64,000 nt of DNA from a virus (lineage: Duplodnaviria > Caudoviricetes), in the IMG/VR virus record IMGVR_UViG_3300036778_000062, positions 64,001 through 128,000 of that record. One strand, written 5' to 3'. Each line of letters begins with the position of its first letter. The first letter of the stretch is position 1. Of the stretch, positions 8,617 to 17,247 are shown piece by piece. Under the pieces are notes generated by a model that did no database searches, was not told the DNA's origin, and saw only the letters and a list, made by a program, of their open reading frames with translations. The position numbers and the translations under genes were made by a program.

Positions 8617-8865
8617 TTGGATTTTCATTGGGTGCAGCAGGATGGCGAGTGGCTGCTTAAACCATCCATGATCTCGGTCAGGTCGAACGACAGTTTTTTC
8701 TTCGTGATCCACGTCGGCGATCGTCCCTTGAACGCTCGATACACAAGCGAGCAAGGCGCGAAACTAGATGCGTGGGAGTTCGCCAAGAGCAAGGCACAAG
8801 CGCTGTTCGGCGTCCGGGATATTCGTCTGGTGTCAGAAACGACAAAAAAGCCCCCGGCGCCCTGA
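8617..8865 (+). CDS. Hypothetical protein
   Basis: GGAG RBS before TTG; ends at the terminator. Confidence 0.4.
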   Translation: MDFHWVQQDGEWLLKPSMISVRSNDSFFFVIHVGDRPLNARYTSEQGAKLDAWEFAKSKAQALFGVRDIRLVSETTKKPPAP

Positions 8866-8883
8866 AAGGGGCAACCGGGGGCC
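8844..8883 (-). terminator. Intrinsic terminator ending the late/lysis operon
   Basis: gcccccgg...ccgggggc stem followed by T6 on the minus strand. Confidence 0.75.
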
Positions 8884-8906
8884 TTGAGCGGTCATGGAGC
8901 TCGAGA

Positions 8907-9266
8907 TCAAATATCGGTCTTTGAACTCTTTCGATTGGCGCGCCGTCTTAACAGCGCGGTTATACTGGCAAGCGTCGCAGAGGTCGTGTCCAGTTTGGAG
9001 TTCACCGCAGCGATCGCCGTTTTGATGTTTTCAATATCGAGGTGCATCTCAACCAGGTGCTGGACCAGCCACGGGCTCTCAATCTGAACCGGGACCGGGA
9101 CCGGCGCCGGTTGAGTCACTGGCGATTCCGGCGGCCGCGGCGTCTGACGCCGGATCGCGGCGCCGGCGAGCACCGCCGCGATCACCAGCACCAGGATCGC
9201 GACCGCCCCCTGAACCAGCGGCCACTCGTGAAGAACCTCAAAGGCCTGCTTTATCAAGTCGCCCAT
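8907..9266 (-). CDS. Single-TM, coiled-coil lysis-region protein
   Basis: N-terminal TM, Pro linker, heptad region. Confidence 0.65.
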   Translation of the reverse strand: MGDLIKQAFEVLHEWPLVQGAVAILVLVIAAVLAGAAIRRQTPRPPESPVTQPAPVPVPVQIESPWLVQHLVEMHLDIENIKTAIAAVNSKLDTTSATLASITALLRRRANRKSSKTDI

Positions 9267-9687
9267 AGTCCACCAGCGCGCGGCACATCGCGATCAACTC
9301 GACGATCGTGAGAACGAGATAAACCCAAATGCCGGGCGAAGGTGGATTTCCGGTGTTGCAGTGATAGAGCACGAGTGAGGTGCACATCTGCGCCCACAAT
9401 GAAGCGCCGACAATTGCACCGCACGCGCGGAGCTTTGGGCCATAGATCGGCCATGTACCGTTCGCGACCAGCGCTGCGAACCGCAGGATTCCGCCGATCG
9501 CAAACAGCGGCACCAACCAGACGGGCCCGGTCATCTGGAGCAAGAACCGGAAGATCGATGCTCTGATCGACTCGGGCCATATCGTGATGTGGATGCTAAG
9601 CGCGATCATCATGCCGCTGGTCGCCAGTTCGAAAAGTCGGTTCTCGAAGTGACGCAGCGTGATGTGGATCAGCTTGTCGAGGGTCAT
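9238..9687 (-). CDS. Four-TM membrane protein of the lysis cassette
   Basis: Four hydrophobic helices; position downstream of the endolysin. Confidence 0.7.
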   Translation of the reverse strand: MTLDKLIHITLRHFENRLFELATSGMMIALSIHITIWPESIRASIFRFLLQMTGPVWLVPLFAIGGILRFAALVANGTWPIYGPKLRACGAIVGASLWAQMCTSLVLYHCNTGNPPSPGIWVYLVLTIVELIAMCRALVDYGRLDKAGL

Positions 9688-9723
9688 CGCCAGCGTCTCT
9701 CAGCCGTGATCAGTAGCCCGAAC

Positions 9724-10665
9724 CTATTTAATCGGAGCGAGAATGGCCGCAGCGCCCGCTAGACCAGCGGCTCCTGCTACGCCCGCAACGGCCGGCTGCA
9801 CGGCGCCGTTAACGGTGCCTTGGATCCAGTTCTGGCAGGCAGTCGGACCACCAGCCAGGACGAACTCCCGAAACTTCTGAAACAGTGTAACGAGCCCGGG
9901 ATTGTAGGCAGGGACGGCTGCGACAGCAGAAATCGCCGACGTGGTTGCGGTCGCAGGCTGCTCCGGTACTGCCACGATGGCCGGCTTGGCAATTCCGGCC
10001 TGGATGATCGCCAAGCCCGGCTTGAGACATTGGATCGCCGTCTGATCGCCGCCGCCGTCGAAGGCCTGCGCCGATGCCAGCGCAGTCTCGGTATCAGCAG
10101 CGAGCGTCGAATTCGCGTCTGTGACGCAAGCCTTGATGACCTGCTTAAGATTCTTCGGGTTCAGCAGCAGGAAGATGTTGAAGTCGCACTGGATTGATCC
10201 ATCCTCATTCTTGGTGACGCCGGCTTTGTCCGAGATGCCGAGGTCGGTGCGAATATCCTTGACGATGTTGCCGGTCACTGCCGGCTTCTTGATCTGCGCC
10301 TCGGCATACGCATCGCCGGCGCTGGCGACGAGCACAAACGCCCCCATTACGATCGCGGCGACGACCGCCACGGCCTTGGCCGTGCTCGAGGAGGGGGAAG
10401 GCGCGGGTGTCGTCGGGGTAATAGTCCCGGAAATCAGCGCATCGTCCTTCTTCTCCGAACCCTTGGAGGATCCGAAGAAGAAGGAATAGACGTCTTTGAG
10501 GCATGCGATCAGAACGCCTACGATCGTCATCAGCACGCCGCTTGTCCGCTCATCGATGACGGGCGGGTGCAGGATCAAGATCAGCACGACGACAGCGATC
10601 AACAGGATTATCGCCATCGCAAGGAAGCCCTGGGTATCGGGAAGCCAGAACGGTTTGGGGGTCAC
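9724..10665 (-). CDS. Holin-like N-terminal domain fused to a putative exported Cys-containing domain
   Basis: Two TMs plus YSFFFGSSKGSEKKD motif seen in phage holin-like proteins; third hydrophobic segment ends AYA. Confidence 0.55.
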   Translation of the reverse strand: MTPKPFWLPDTQGFLAMAIILLIAVVVLILILHPPVIDERTSGVLMTIVGVLIACLKDVYSFFFGSSKGSEKKDDALISGTITPTTPAPSPSSSTAKAVAVVAAIVMGAFVLVASAGDAYAEAQIKKPAVTGNIVKDIRTDLGISDKAGVTKNEDGSIQCDFNIFLLLNPKNLKQVIKACVTDANSTLAADTETALASAQAFDGGGDQTAIQCLKPGLAIIQAGIAKPAIVAVPEQPATATTSAISAVAAVPAYNPGLVTLFQKFREFVLAGGPTACQNWIQGTVNGAVQPAVAGVAGAAGLAGAAAILAPIK

Positions 10666-11330
10666 GCTACTTTCTCCTGTGTTGCGACGACCGACAGCGC
10701 GGTCTCGTAAAGATCAATGTGATGCCAGGCGAAGATTCCGTTCTGCACGAACTCATCGTCATGGGGTTTGCAGCACACCGGCACGATGGGGGTCGGGTGC
10801 ACGTATTGCTCCGGCGGAAATGAGAAGGGGACGTCAGTGACCAGGTCATGATGCAGCTCGTCGCCATTGCGATAGCTGCGCGCCGGCACGTCCTTGATCA
10901 CCTTGGCGAAGTCGAGAAGGCCCGGCTTCGGTTCGCCGAGCACGACGCGGGCCGCCGGCGGCGTACCGTCGGCGACCATCAATGCGGTGAGAACATCGGC
11001 GCGCGCGGCGCCGAGTGAATGTCCGGTGACGACAACCGGTTGCGATACCATCGGTCGGATCTCGAACCATGCGTGCTCCATGCCGGCGTAGAATCCGGTA
11101 TGGACGTGGCCGATGCGCGAGGGCAGGGCGAGCGCGCGGAAGTCCCGCAGCCAGTCCTGGATCGTGGTTGAGCCGCGGAAGACCACGAGGTCGACGCCGT
11201 CGAGGCGCTTCAATGCCCAGCAGATGCCGTCATCGAGACCGGCATCATAGTGGTCGAAGCCTTCGACGATCGCCATTGGGCTATAAATGAGCCCGCAATA
11301 GGAGGCGATCAGCGCGTCAGGTGGCGTCAA
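10662..11330 (-). CDS. Class 3 lipase (alpha/beta hydrolase) in the lysis cassette
   Basis: VVFRGS lid/oxyanion motif, VHTGF, GHSLG nucleophile, DLVTDVP Asp, H..DLY His. Confidence 0.9.
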   Translation of the reverse strand: MTPPDALIASYCGLIYSPMAIVEGFDHYDAGLDDGICWALKRLDGVDLVVFRGSTTIQDWLRDFRALALPSRIGHVHTGFYAGMEHAWFEIRPMVSQPVVVTGHSLGAARADVLTALMVADGTPPAARVVLGEPKPGLLDFAKVIKDVPARSYRNGDELHHDLVTDVPFSFPPEQYVHPTPIVPVCCKPHDDEFVQNGIFAWHHIDLYETALSVVATQEKVA

Positions 11331-11509
11331 CGATGCACCTTGCCGTGACGACGCTCCGGATGCGGCCGCGGCGCCGCCAACGGCGTGCGGTGGCTGCCAT
11401 AGATATCCGCGCCGAGCAGCGCGCGGGCGAGATCGGCCTGGGTGAACTTCTTTGCTGAGGCCGGCGATACGAACGCTGCGACGAGCGCGAGAGCGATCAG
11501 TGTTCGCAT
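11327..11509 (-). CDS. Small secreted-type protein
   Basis: MRTLIALALVAAFVSPASA signal peptide; basic tail. Confidence 0.6.
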   Translation of the reverse strand: MRTLIALALVAAFVSPASAKKFTQADLARALLGADIYGSHRTPLAAPRPHPERRHGKVHR

Positions 11510-11510
11510 G

Positions 11511-12194
11511 TCAGTTCACCCATGCCGCGGCGAGCTCGTCACGCGTGCCGGCAAAGTGGTTGATGTCGATGCCCTTGGTCTTGATGCCGGGCAGAATGTG
11601 AGGAGTCGGGCCGACTCCGTCGCCCGTGAATTGCCAGATCGTAAAGTCCGACCAGGGCATCGGCTTATGGTTGTAGTCGAGCACACTCGGCGCCGACGAA
11701 TACTGACATAGCCACCAATGCCTCTTGCTGAAGAGCGCGCGGATTTCCGCTGAGGCATTCGCGAGCAGTTCCTTCGGCCGGTTGCCGCCGTACAGCCATA
11801 ACGGCCGGCCGAGCTTCTCGTCTGCGAGCTGAAGGAATTGGGCGGCCTGTGAAAGCGACATCTGGCTTGCGCGATTGTCTTCGAAGTCGAGGGCCATCAG
11901 CGTATTGGCGTCTGGCTCTGCAGCGTCGAAGAAGTGGTTCACCTGACCGGCGATGCTGTCGCCCGTGTTGAAGTGGTAGGCGCCCGTCAAGAGACCGGCA
12001 TTGCGCGCGGCCTTCACACGCGGTGCGTAAGCGGTATCGGTCATCCTGAGGCCCTGTGTTGCCTTGTGGATCAGGCCCCAGATGCCGACTTCTGCCATCG
12101 CCTTGAAATCAGACACCGGATCGCGATTGGCGATGGTGTCGCTCGTCAGAACGTCGCCGTGATAGATATCGACGACGCGGGGAACGATCTTCAT
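11511..12194 (-). CDS. Endolysin, glycoside hydrolase family 25 muramidase
   Basis: HKATQG, GAYHF, ALDFE (DxE), WLCQY, IWQFT, DIN; GGAGGAG RBS at MKIVP. Confidence 0.92.
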   Translation of the reverse strand: MKIVPRVVDIYHGDVLTSDTIANRDPVSDFKAMAEVGIWGLIHKATQGLRMTDTAYAPRVKAARNAGLLTGAYHFNTGDSIAGQVNHFFDAAEPDANTLMALDFEDNRASQMSLSQAAQFLQLADEKLGRPLWLYGGNRPKELLANASAEIRALFSKRHWWLCQYSSAPSVLDYNHKPMPWSDFTIWQFTGDGVGPTPHILPGIKTKGIDINHFAGTRDELAAAWVN

Positions 12195-12206
12195 AACTCC
12201 TCCAAT

Positions 12207-12230
12207 AAAAAAGCCGCCCGAAGGCGGCTT
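12207..12230 (-). terminator. Intrinsic terminator between tail and lysis genes
   Basis: aagccgcc-ttcg-ggcggctttttt on the minus strand. Confidence 0.8.
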
Positions 12231-12249
12231 GGTTTGCAGATTGATGGTT

Positions 12250-12666
12250 CTAGGCAGTGGGTGGTGGTGCGCCAGCAAGTACGGCGTTGGCGCGTTCTTG
12301 GGTGAGTAGTCCGGCGGAGATGAGCGAAGCGACCCCGCCCGTCACTTCTGGATCGTCCATGTGGACGATGCCGGCCGAGCTTTCATCGTCCATGAAAATC
12401 CGAAGCTGCGGATTCGTCTGGCTCGCCTGCGTGATCGCGACGGTCTCCGCATCAGTGAACAGACGACGAAAATCGAGCGCCGCAAGCGCGAGAGGTGGAG
12501 GAGGGGGCGGAGGAGGATCTTCAACCTCCTTCACCGTGACACCAGCCGCGGCGATCTCGGCATCGCTCGCAGAGGAAAGCCAGAACGGCGGATACTTCTG
12601 ATCGCCGATCTGGAATTGATCTTGCGGTTGAACCGTCGTGCCGTCAGGCAACGTGAAGACCTTCAT
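12250..12666 (-). CDS. Tail fibre assembly chaperone-like protein
   Basis: YPPFWL...EIAAAG, F..LFT.AE, GLLTQERANAVL; follows the fibre gene. Confidence 0.6.
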   Translation of the reverse strand: MKVFTLPDGTTVQPQDQFQIGDQKYPPFWLSSASDAEIAAAGVTVKEVEDPPPPPPPPLALAALDFRRLFTDAETVAITQASQTNPQLRIFMDDESSAGIVHMDDPEVTGGVASLISAGLLTQERANAVLAGAPPPTA

Positions 12667-12677
12667 TCTCAACTCTC

Positions 12678-15284
12678 CTATGGTACAGAAACGATCACGA
12701 CTCCGGAGCCGCCATTGCCGCCCGGTTGACCACCGCCGCCACCGCCGCCTGTATTCGCGGTGCCGGATACTCCCGGATTTGGATTCGCCTGCGCAGCGCC
12801 ACCGCCGCATGTCGCTCCGCCGGGGGTCGAACCCGCGCTCGTACCTGCACCGCCGCCACCCGCGTAGCAAACCGACGCGCCGGAAATACTGGACATCAAG
12901 CCGGCGCCGCCGCTACCCGCCGTTGTTGTGCTGGGAGCAGCTTGACCTGCGCCGCCAGCGCCACCACCACCACCGCCTTGAACAAAGCCCAAGAGGTTGT
13001 CGCCGCCCTTATTGCCTTGCCCGGCAGTGCCACTCGCGCCCGGTCCAGTAAAGCCGCCGCAAGATCCGCCACCAGACCCACCAACGTTTGGACCAATTCC
13101 AGCACCGCAACCTCCACCGCCTCCGATCGCAGTAAAGCCATTGAATGACGAGTTTGAACCGTTAAGGCCAACGGATCCGCTTGCGCCCGCGCCACCAGCG
13201 CCGACGACGACGGGATATGCCCCTGATGTGAGAACTGCCGAGCCGGGCAGCACGCCGCCAGCGCCACCGCCACCACCACCCGCGCCAGCGCCGCCCGCCA
13301 CGATCAGATAGTTGATCAGGCTTGCGCCGACTTGCTGATAGAACGTTCCGCTCGAATTGAAGACATAGATCGTCGGGCTCGTCAGCGGAGTCCAAGTGAT
13401 CCTGATGACGCCTTGCTTGGCATCGCCGCCGGGGCCTCCATTGTTGCCAGAACCGCCGCGTCCACCACCGCCACCGCCGCCACCATATCCAAGTGACGCG
13501 CCGCCAGCTGCACCGGGAAAAGATCCGGCTCCACCGCCACCACCGCCTCCACCGCCGCCGGTGCCAATTCCTGTTGCAAGATCGCTACCCATCGACCCGG
13601 CGCCGCCGTTGGTGCCGGCACCAAGACCGCCGCTTGCGCCGAAGCCAGCAAATCCACCACCGCCGCCGCCGCCGTTGCTGCCATCCGATCCATTCGAATT
13701 GTTGCCACCAGCGCCACCACCGGTGCCGGCCTGATTGTTGCCACCGCTGCCCCCGATCGCGGTGCCACTGACTTGCGTTTGCCCAGTAGAGCCGCCTCCA
13801 TTGCCGCCGCCACCGCTGCCGCCATTGGTGCCAACTGTATTGCCGCCAGCGGCACCAACCCCCAAAGGACCACCAGCGCCTCCGCCGCCGCCACCGCCTG
13901 CAGTGGTAAGGCCACCTGTGCCGCCAATGCCGCCGTTGAAATTTGCGGCAGCACCCGTGCCGCCCGTGCCGCCCGCACCCGCGCCACCGCCGCCGCCGCC
14001 ATTCGACGCACCAGCGATACCAGCGCCACCACCGTTCGCTGTGCATGCGCCCGTGAATGAAGTGCTTGTACCCGCCGTCCCGTTCGTAGCTATCGCACCA
14101 CCGCTGCCGCCCGTGCCGATGGTGAAAGCAACGCTCGTGCTTGGTGTCAGACTGACATTAGCCGACTTGCGGTATTCACCACCACCACCGCCGCCGCCCG
14201 ACGCCGCGCTATTGGTGCCGCCACCACCGCCACCACCGCCACCACCAATGCACTCAATCGAATTGTCGCTGTTGTTAAAGTTGAGCGGGACAGTCCAACT
14301 GCCCGACGAAGTCAGAAGAACGCTGACTTGCGCCGTATAGGCAACGATGACGACACCGGAGCCACCGTTGCCACCTGCTGCTCCTACGACTTGTTGAGAG
14401 CCACCACCTCCGCCGCCGCCGGTGTTTGCCGTTCCAGGCGATCCGGGCTGAGCCGTGCCGCTGATCGAGATGCCGCCTGCACCTCCACCACCTGTACCGC
14501 CCGCACCGTTCGTGCTTCCCGCATTGACACCGTTTTGTCCGCCGCCACCACCACCGCCGTAGGTGAGCGACGTCCCCGTAATGGATGATGCGCATCCATT
14601 ACCGCCGTTGCCCCCATTGCTGGTTGAAGACCCGGTACCACCATTGCTGCCAACTGCGTTGCAGCCGCCACCTCCGGACCCGCCTGTATCGGTGGCCGCG
14701 CCTTGATCGCCACCTTTGTGGCCAGCAGAACCAGCGCCACCACTGAGAGGGCCGCCACTCACCCAGCCGGCAGCACCGCCACCGCTCGCGCCGCCAAGGC
14801 CATTACCGAATGATCCTCCACCACCGCCGCCGATCGCGGACGCGACCCCGGCAATAGATGATGATGAACCGTTCGATCCCGCCACGCTGCTGGAAGAACC
14901 ACCCGCGCCACCACCACCAATAGTGACGCTGTAAGAGCCGGCAATAAGATTTGTCGATCCGGGGTTAACCTGTCCAGCACCACCACCACCACCAGCACCG
15001 ATGTTTGTCGCCCCGGCACCGCCACCACCACCACCGCCGACAACAATATAGTTGACGTTGCCCGAGCCGGTGCATGTCAACGTAGCGCTCGAATTGAAGA
15101 CATGAATGCGGGTCGCGCCGAAGGCGGAGATAGTGCCGCCCGTGCATGAGATATTTTGTGTGCTGCTGCTGAGTTGCGCCATCAGCATGGGTTGAAATGT
15201 GCCGGGCATATTGGCCTGCGCGGCGGACAGGAGCGCCAGCCAGGGCGCGACAACGAACGCGAGAACAGCTCTACGGAACGTCAT
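12678..15284 (-). CDS. Glycine-rich putative adhesin/tail fibre with three tandem Gly-rich domains and an N-terminal signal peptide
   Basis: Three modules from (H/Y)VFNSS or LTSSGSW through GGGG runs to G.GGSGVVIV/QGVIRI; N-terminus MTFRRAVLAFVVAPWLALLSAAQA. Confidence 0.75.
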   Translation of the reverse strand: MTFRRAVLAFVVAPWLALLSAAQANMPGTFQPMLMAQLSSSTQNISCTGGTISAFGATRIHVFNSSATLTCTGSGNVNYIVVGGGGGGGAGATNIGAGGGGGAGQVNPGSTNLIAGSYSVTIGGGGAGGSSSSVAGSNGSSSSIAGVASAIGGGGGGSFGNGLGGASGGGAAGWVSGGPLSGGAGSAGHKGGDQGAATDTGGSGGGGCNAVGSNGGTGSSTSNGGNGGNGCASSITGTSLTYGGGGGGGQNGVNAGSTNGAGGTGGGGAGGISISGTAQPGSPGTANTGGGGGGGSQQVVGAAGGNGGSGVVIVAYTAQVSVLLTSSGSWTVPLNFNNSDNSIECIGGGGGGGGGGTNSAASGGGGGGGEYRKSANVSLTPSTSVAFTIGTGGSGGAIATNGTAGTSTSFTGACTANGGGAGIAGASNGGGGGGAGAGGTGGTGAAANFNGGIGGTGGLTTAGGGGGGGAGGPLGVGAAGGNTVGTNGGSGGGGNGGGSTGQTQVSGTAIGGSGGNNQAGTGGGAGGNNSNGSDGSNGGGGGGGFAGFGASGGLGAGTNGGAGSMGSDLATGIGTGGGGGGGGGGAGSFPGAAGGASLGYGGGGGGGGRGGSGNNGGPGGDAKQGVIRITWTPLTSPTIYVFNSSGTFYQQVGASLINYLIVAGGAGAGGGGGGAGGVLPGSAVLTSGAYPVVVGAGGAGASGSVGLNGSNSSFNGFTAIGGGGGCGAGIGPNVGGSGGGSCGGFTGPGASGTAGQGNKGGDNLLGFVQGGGGGGAGGAGQAAPSTTTAGSGGAGLMSSISGASVCYAGGGGAGTSAGSTPGGATCGGGAAQANPNPGVSGTANTGGGGGGGQPGGNGGSGVVIVSVP

Positions 15285-15287
15285 GTA

Positions 15288-16583
15288 TCACTTCACATTC
15301 TGAAGGAGAGAGGCTGCGCAAAAGTTGACCGTGATGCAGGATCCTTCGAGTACGTCGACCGCACCAGCTATGGTCGACAGCGTCGGGGTAACGCCTCCGG
15401 GAAATTTCAACAGACTGTTCCAGACGGTCGAGCGCCCACCCGTGGAATCTTGAATAAACCTGATCTGGAATGATTTCCCGACCATAGGCGTGAAGTTCAT
15501 CGTGGTGATGTTGCCGGTCAGCGTGACAGCCGCGTTGATGAACGTCGTGGTGTCGATGCTGATGGTCGAACCAAAGGTGATGGTGGCTTCGGCCGAGTAG
15601 ATCACGCTCGCCGGCACGAGCACACTCGACGCGCCACTCTGATACTGCGATCCGGTTGCCACCGCAGCGGTCGCCATATCAGCGAAGGTTACAAGGCCGG
15701 CTGCGCTGAACGAGCTGTGAACTGTGAGGCCGCCGCCGCCAGCGCCGACATCAACCGTCCCGGTCGAACCTCCATTGCCGATAAGAATGATGCCGCTGCC
15801 CTTGGCATTGAGCGAAAGATTTTCATTAGTGGCCGTCGATGTCGTGTTGAGGCCCGTGCCGCTTCCAGCAGCGTTGCCGACGATTTGTAGGCCTGTGGCC
15901 TGATTGGTTCTGGAGCCGTCAACAGTGAGCACGGGATTGGTCGCGCCATTGGCGCCGACCGCGAGCGCGGTCGACGAGTTCGACTGGATGGCTGTCGGTC
16001 CCTTCACCGCGAGCACGTTGCCGCCGATCGTCGCGCCGCCAAGCGAGAGCGATCCGGAGAGCACCGCATTTACGCCGCCGATCGTTCCCGTGAATGTCGG
16101 GCCGGCAGTCATCGCGACGCTGCCAGTGCCGGAGATCGTGTATTCGTCGAGAACACCAGCGTTATCGAAGAGCACACGCGCGCTCGTGCCTCCGATGACG
16201 TCAGTGATGCCGACCGTCATAGACGCCGCAGTCGCGGTCAGCAGGTCGATTGTCGTGCCGTTCACCTGCGCAAAGACGCCGGAAGAAGTCATCCACAGAT
16301 CGCCATCTGCGGGCTGCGCGGGCGTCGTGCCTGGGGTTAGATTGAAACCGGCCGTCTGCGCGCCGGGCGGTGCCGTGACAAGCCGCCCGGTCATGATCCC
16401 GCCGGCGGTGTTCAGCGGGACGTAACCCAAATCATCCTGCTTGGACGCGAAATAGCTATTCCACTGCGCCGCGGTCGGCACCTGACCGTTCTGCAGGTTT
16501 GGCGAGGACCCCGCGATCGCTGGCAAGCCAGCAGCCATCGCTAGTCCGGACGCGAGCGCGACCGACTTCAATAACGTCTTCAT
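15288..16583 (-). CDS. Tail fibre/spike-like beta-rich protein with N-terminal signal peptide
   Basis: G/T/A-rich beta repeats, C-terminal QDSTGGR..W...KFPGG.TPTLST..GAVD fibre domain. Confidence 0.7.
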   Translation of the reverse strand: MKTLLKSVALASGLAMAAGLPAIAGSSPNLQNGQVPTAAQWNSYFASKQDDLGYVPLNTAGGIMTGRLVTAPPGAQTAGFNLTPGTTPAQPADGDLWMTSSGVFAQVNGTTIDLLTATAASMTVGITDVIGGTSARVLFDNAGVLDEYTISGTGSVAMTAGPTFTGTIGGVNAVLSGSLSLGGATIGGNVLAVKGPTAIQSNSSTALAVGANGATNPVLTVDGSRTNQATGLQIVGNAAGSGTGLNTTSTATNENLSLNAKGSGIILIGNGGSTGTVDVGAGGGGLTVHSSFSAAGLVTFADMATAAVATGSQYQSGASSVLVPASVIYSAEATITFGSTISIDTTTFINAAVTLTGNITTMNFTPMVGKSFQIRFIQDSTGGRSTVWNSLLKFPGGVTPTLSTIAGAVDVLEGSCITVNFCAASLLQNVK

Positions 16584-16596
16584 TTCTGATGATCCG

Positions 16597-17247
16597 TTAG
16601 AAGGAAGGCGTCTTCCAGGAACCGATGGTATCGGCGGTTAAGTCCTCGATGTCGTGGGACGCCTGCGCGGCCGCCCGCTCGATGGCGTCGATCTGCTGGC
16701 GCCGCTGCTGTTGATCGTCGAGGAAATGCTGGTCAGATGGAGAGCGATTCTGACGAATGGCCGCCATCACCTGATCGGGCTTGGTGGTTGCCTTGCTGAA
16801 CCATCCAAGCTTGTTCATGGCAGCCTGATAGGCATCATTTTCCACTTTTGCGAGGTCGTTCTCGCGCATGCCGAACAGGCGCCGCTTTCCGGCTGGCAAA
16901 ATCTTCGAAATCGCAATCTGCTCGGCATGGTAAAGCAGGCTCAATAAATTGAGCTTGGCGGCCGCAAGTGCCTGCTGCGGGTCTGGTGGATCGATCGATG
17001 GACTATCGTCGACGATCTCAAAATTTGCTTCGTCATTTTCGTCGATAGACTTCTCGATCGCGATGTGGGCGCGTGGCCGCGGATAAGCAATGTGACGCTG
17101 GAACGGGGCTAACTCGGAGTTCGCCTCATCCTGCTTTACGCGGCTCATGTGCGTGCGCCATGCCTTCAACTCAACTGCGTGAGACGCGGCCTTGCCAGCG
17201 AAGTCTTCAATGCCAACGATTTCCGAGAGCTTGATCTTATGCTTCAT
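16597..17247 (-). CDS. Tail fibre assembly-like protein
   Basis: Helical protein coupled downstream of the collar-fibre gene. Confidence 0.5.
   Translation of the reverse strand: MKHKIKLSEIVGIEDFAGKAASHAVELKAWRTHMSRVKQDEANSELAPFQRHIAYPRPRAHIAIEKSIDENDEANFEIVDDSPSIDPPDPQQALAAAKLNLLSLLYHAEQIAISKILPAGKRRLFGMRENDLAKVENDAYQAAMNKLGWFSKATTKPDQVMAAIRQNRSPSDQHFLDDQQQRRQQIDAIERAAAQASHDIEDLTADTIGSWKTPSF

Noticed and set aside
12997-14934. Proline-rich plus-strand ORFs and Arg/Trp-rich alternative frames
   Set aside because: Antisense or out-of-frame shadows of the poly-Gly codons in 12678-15284
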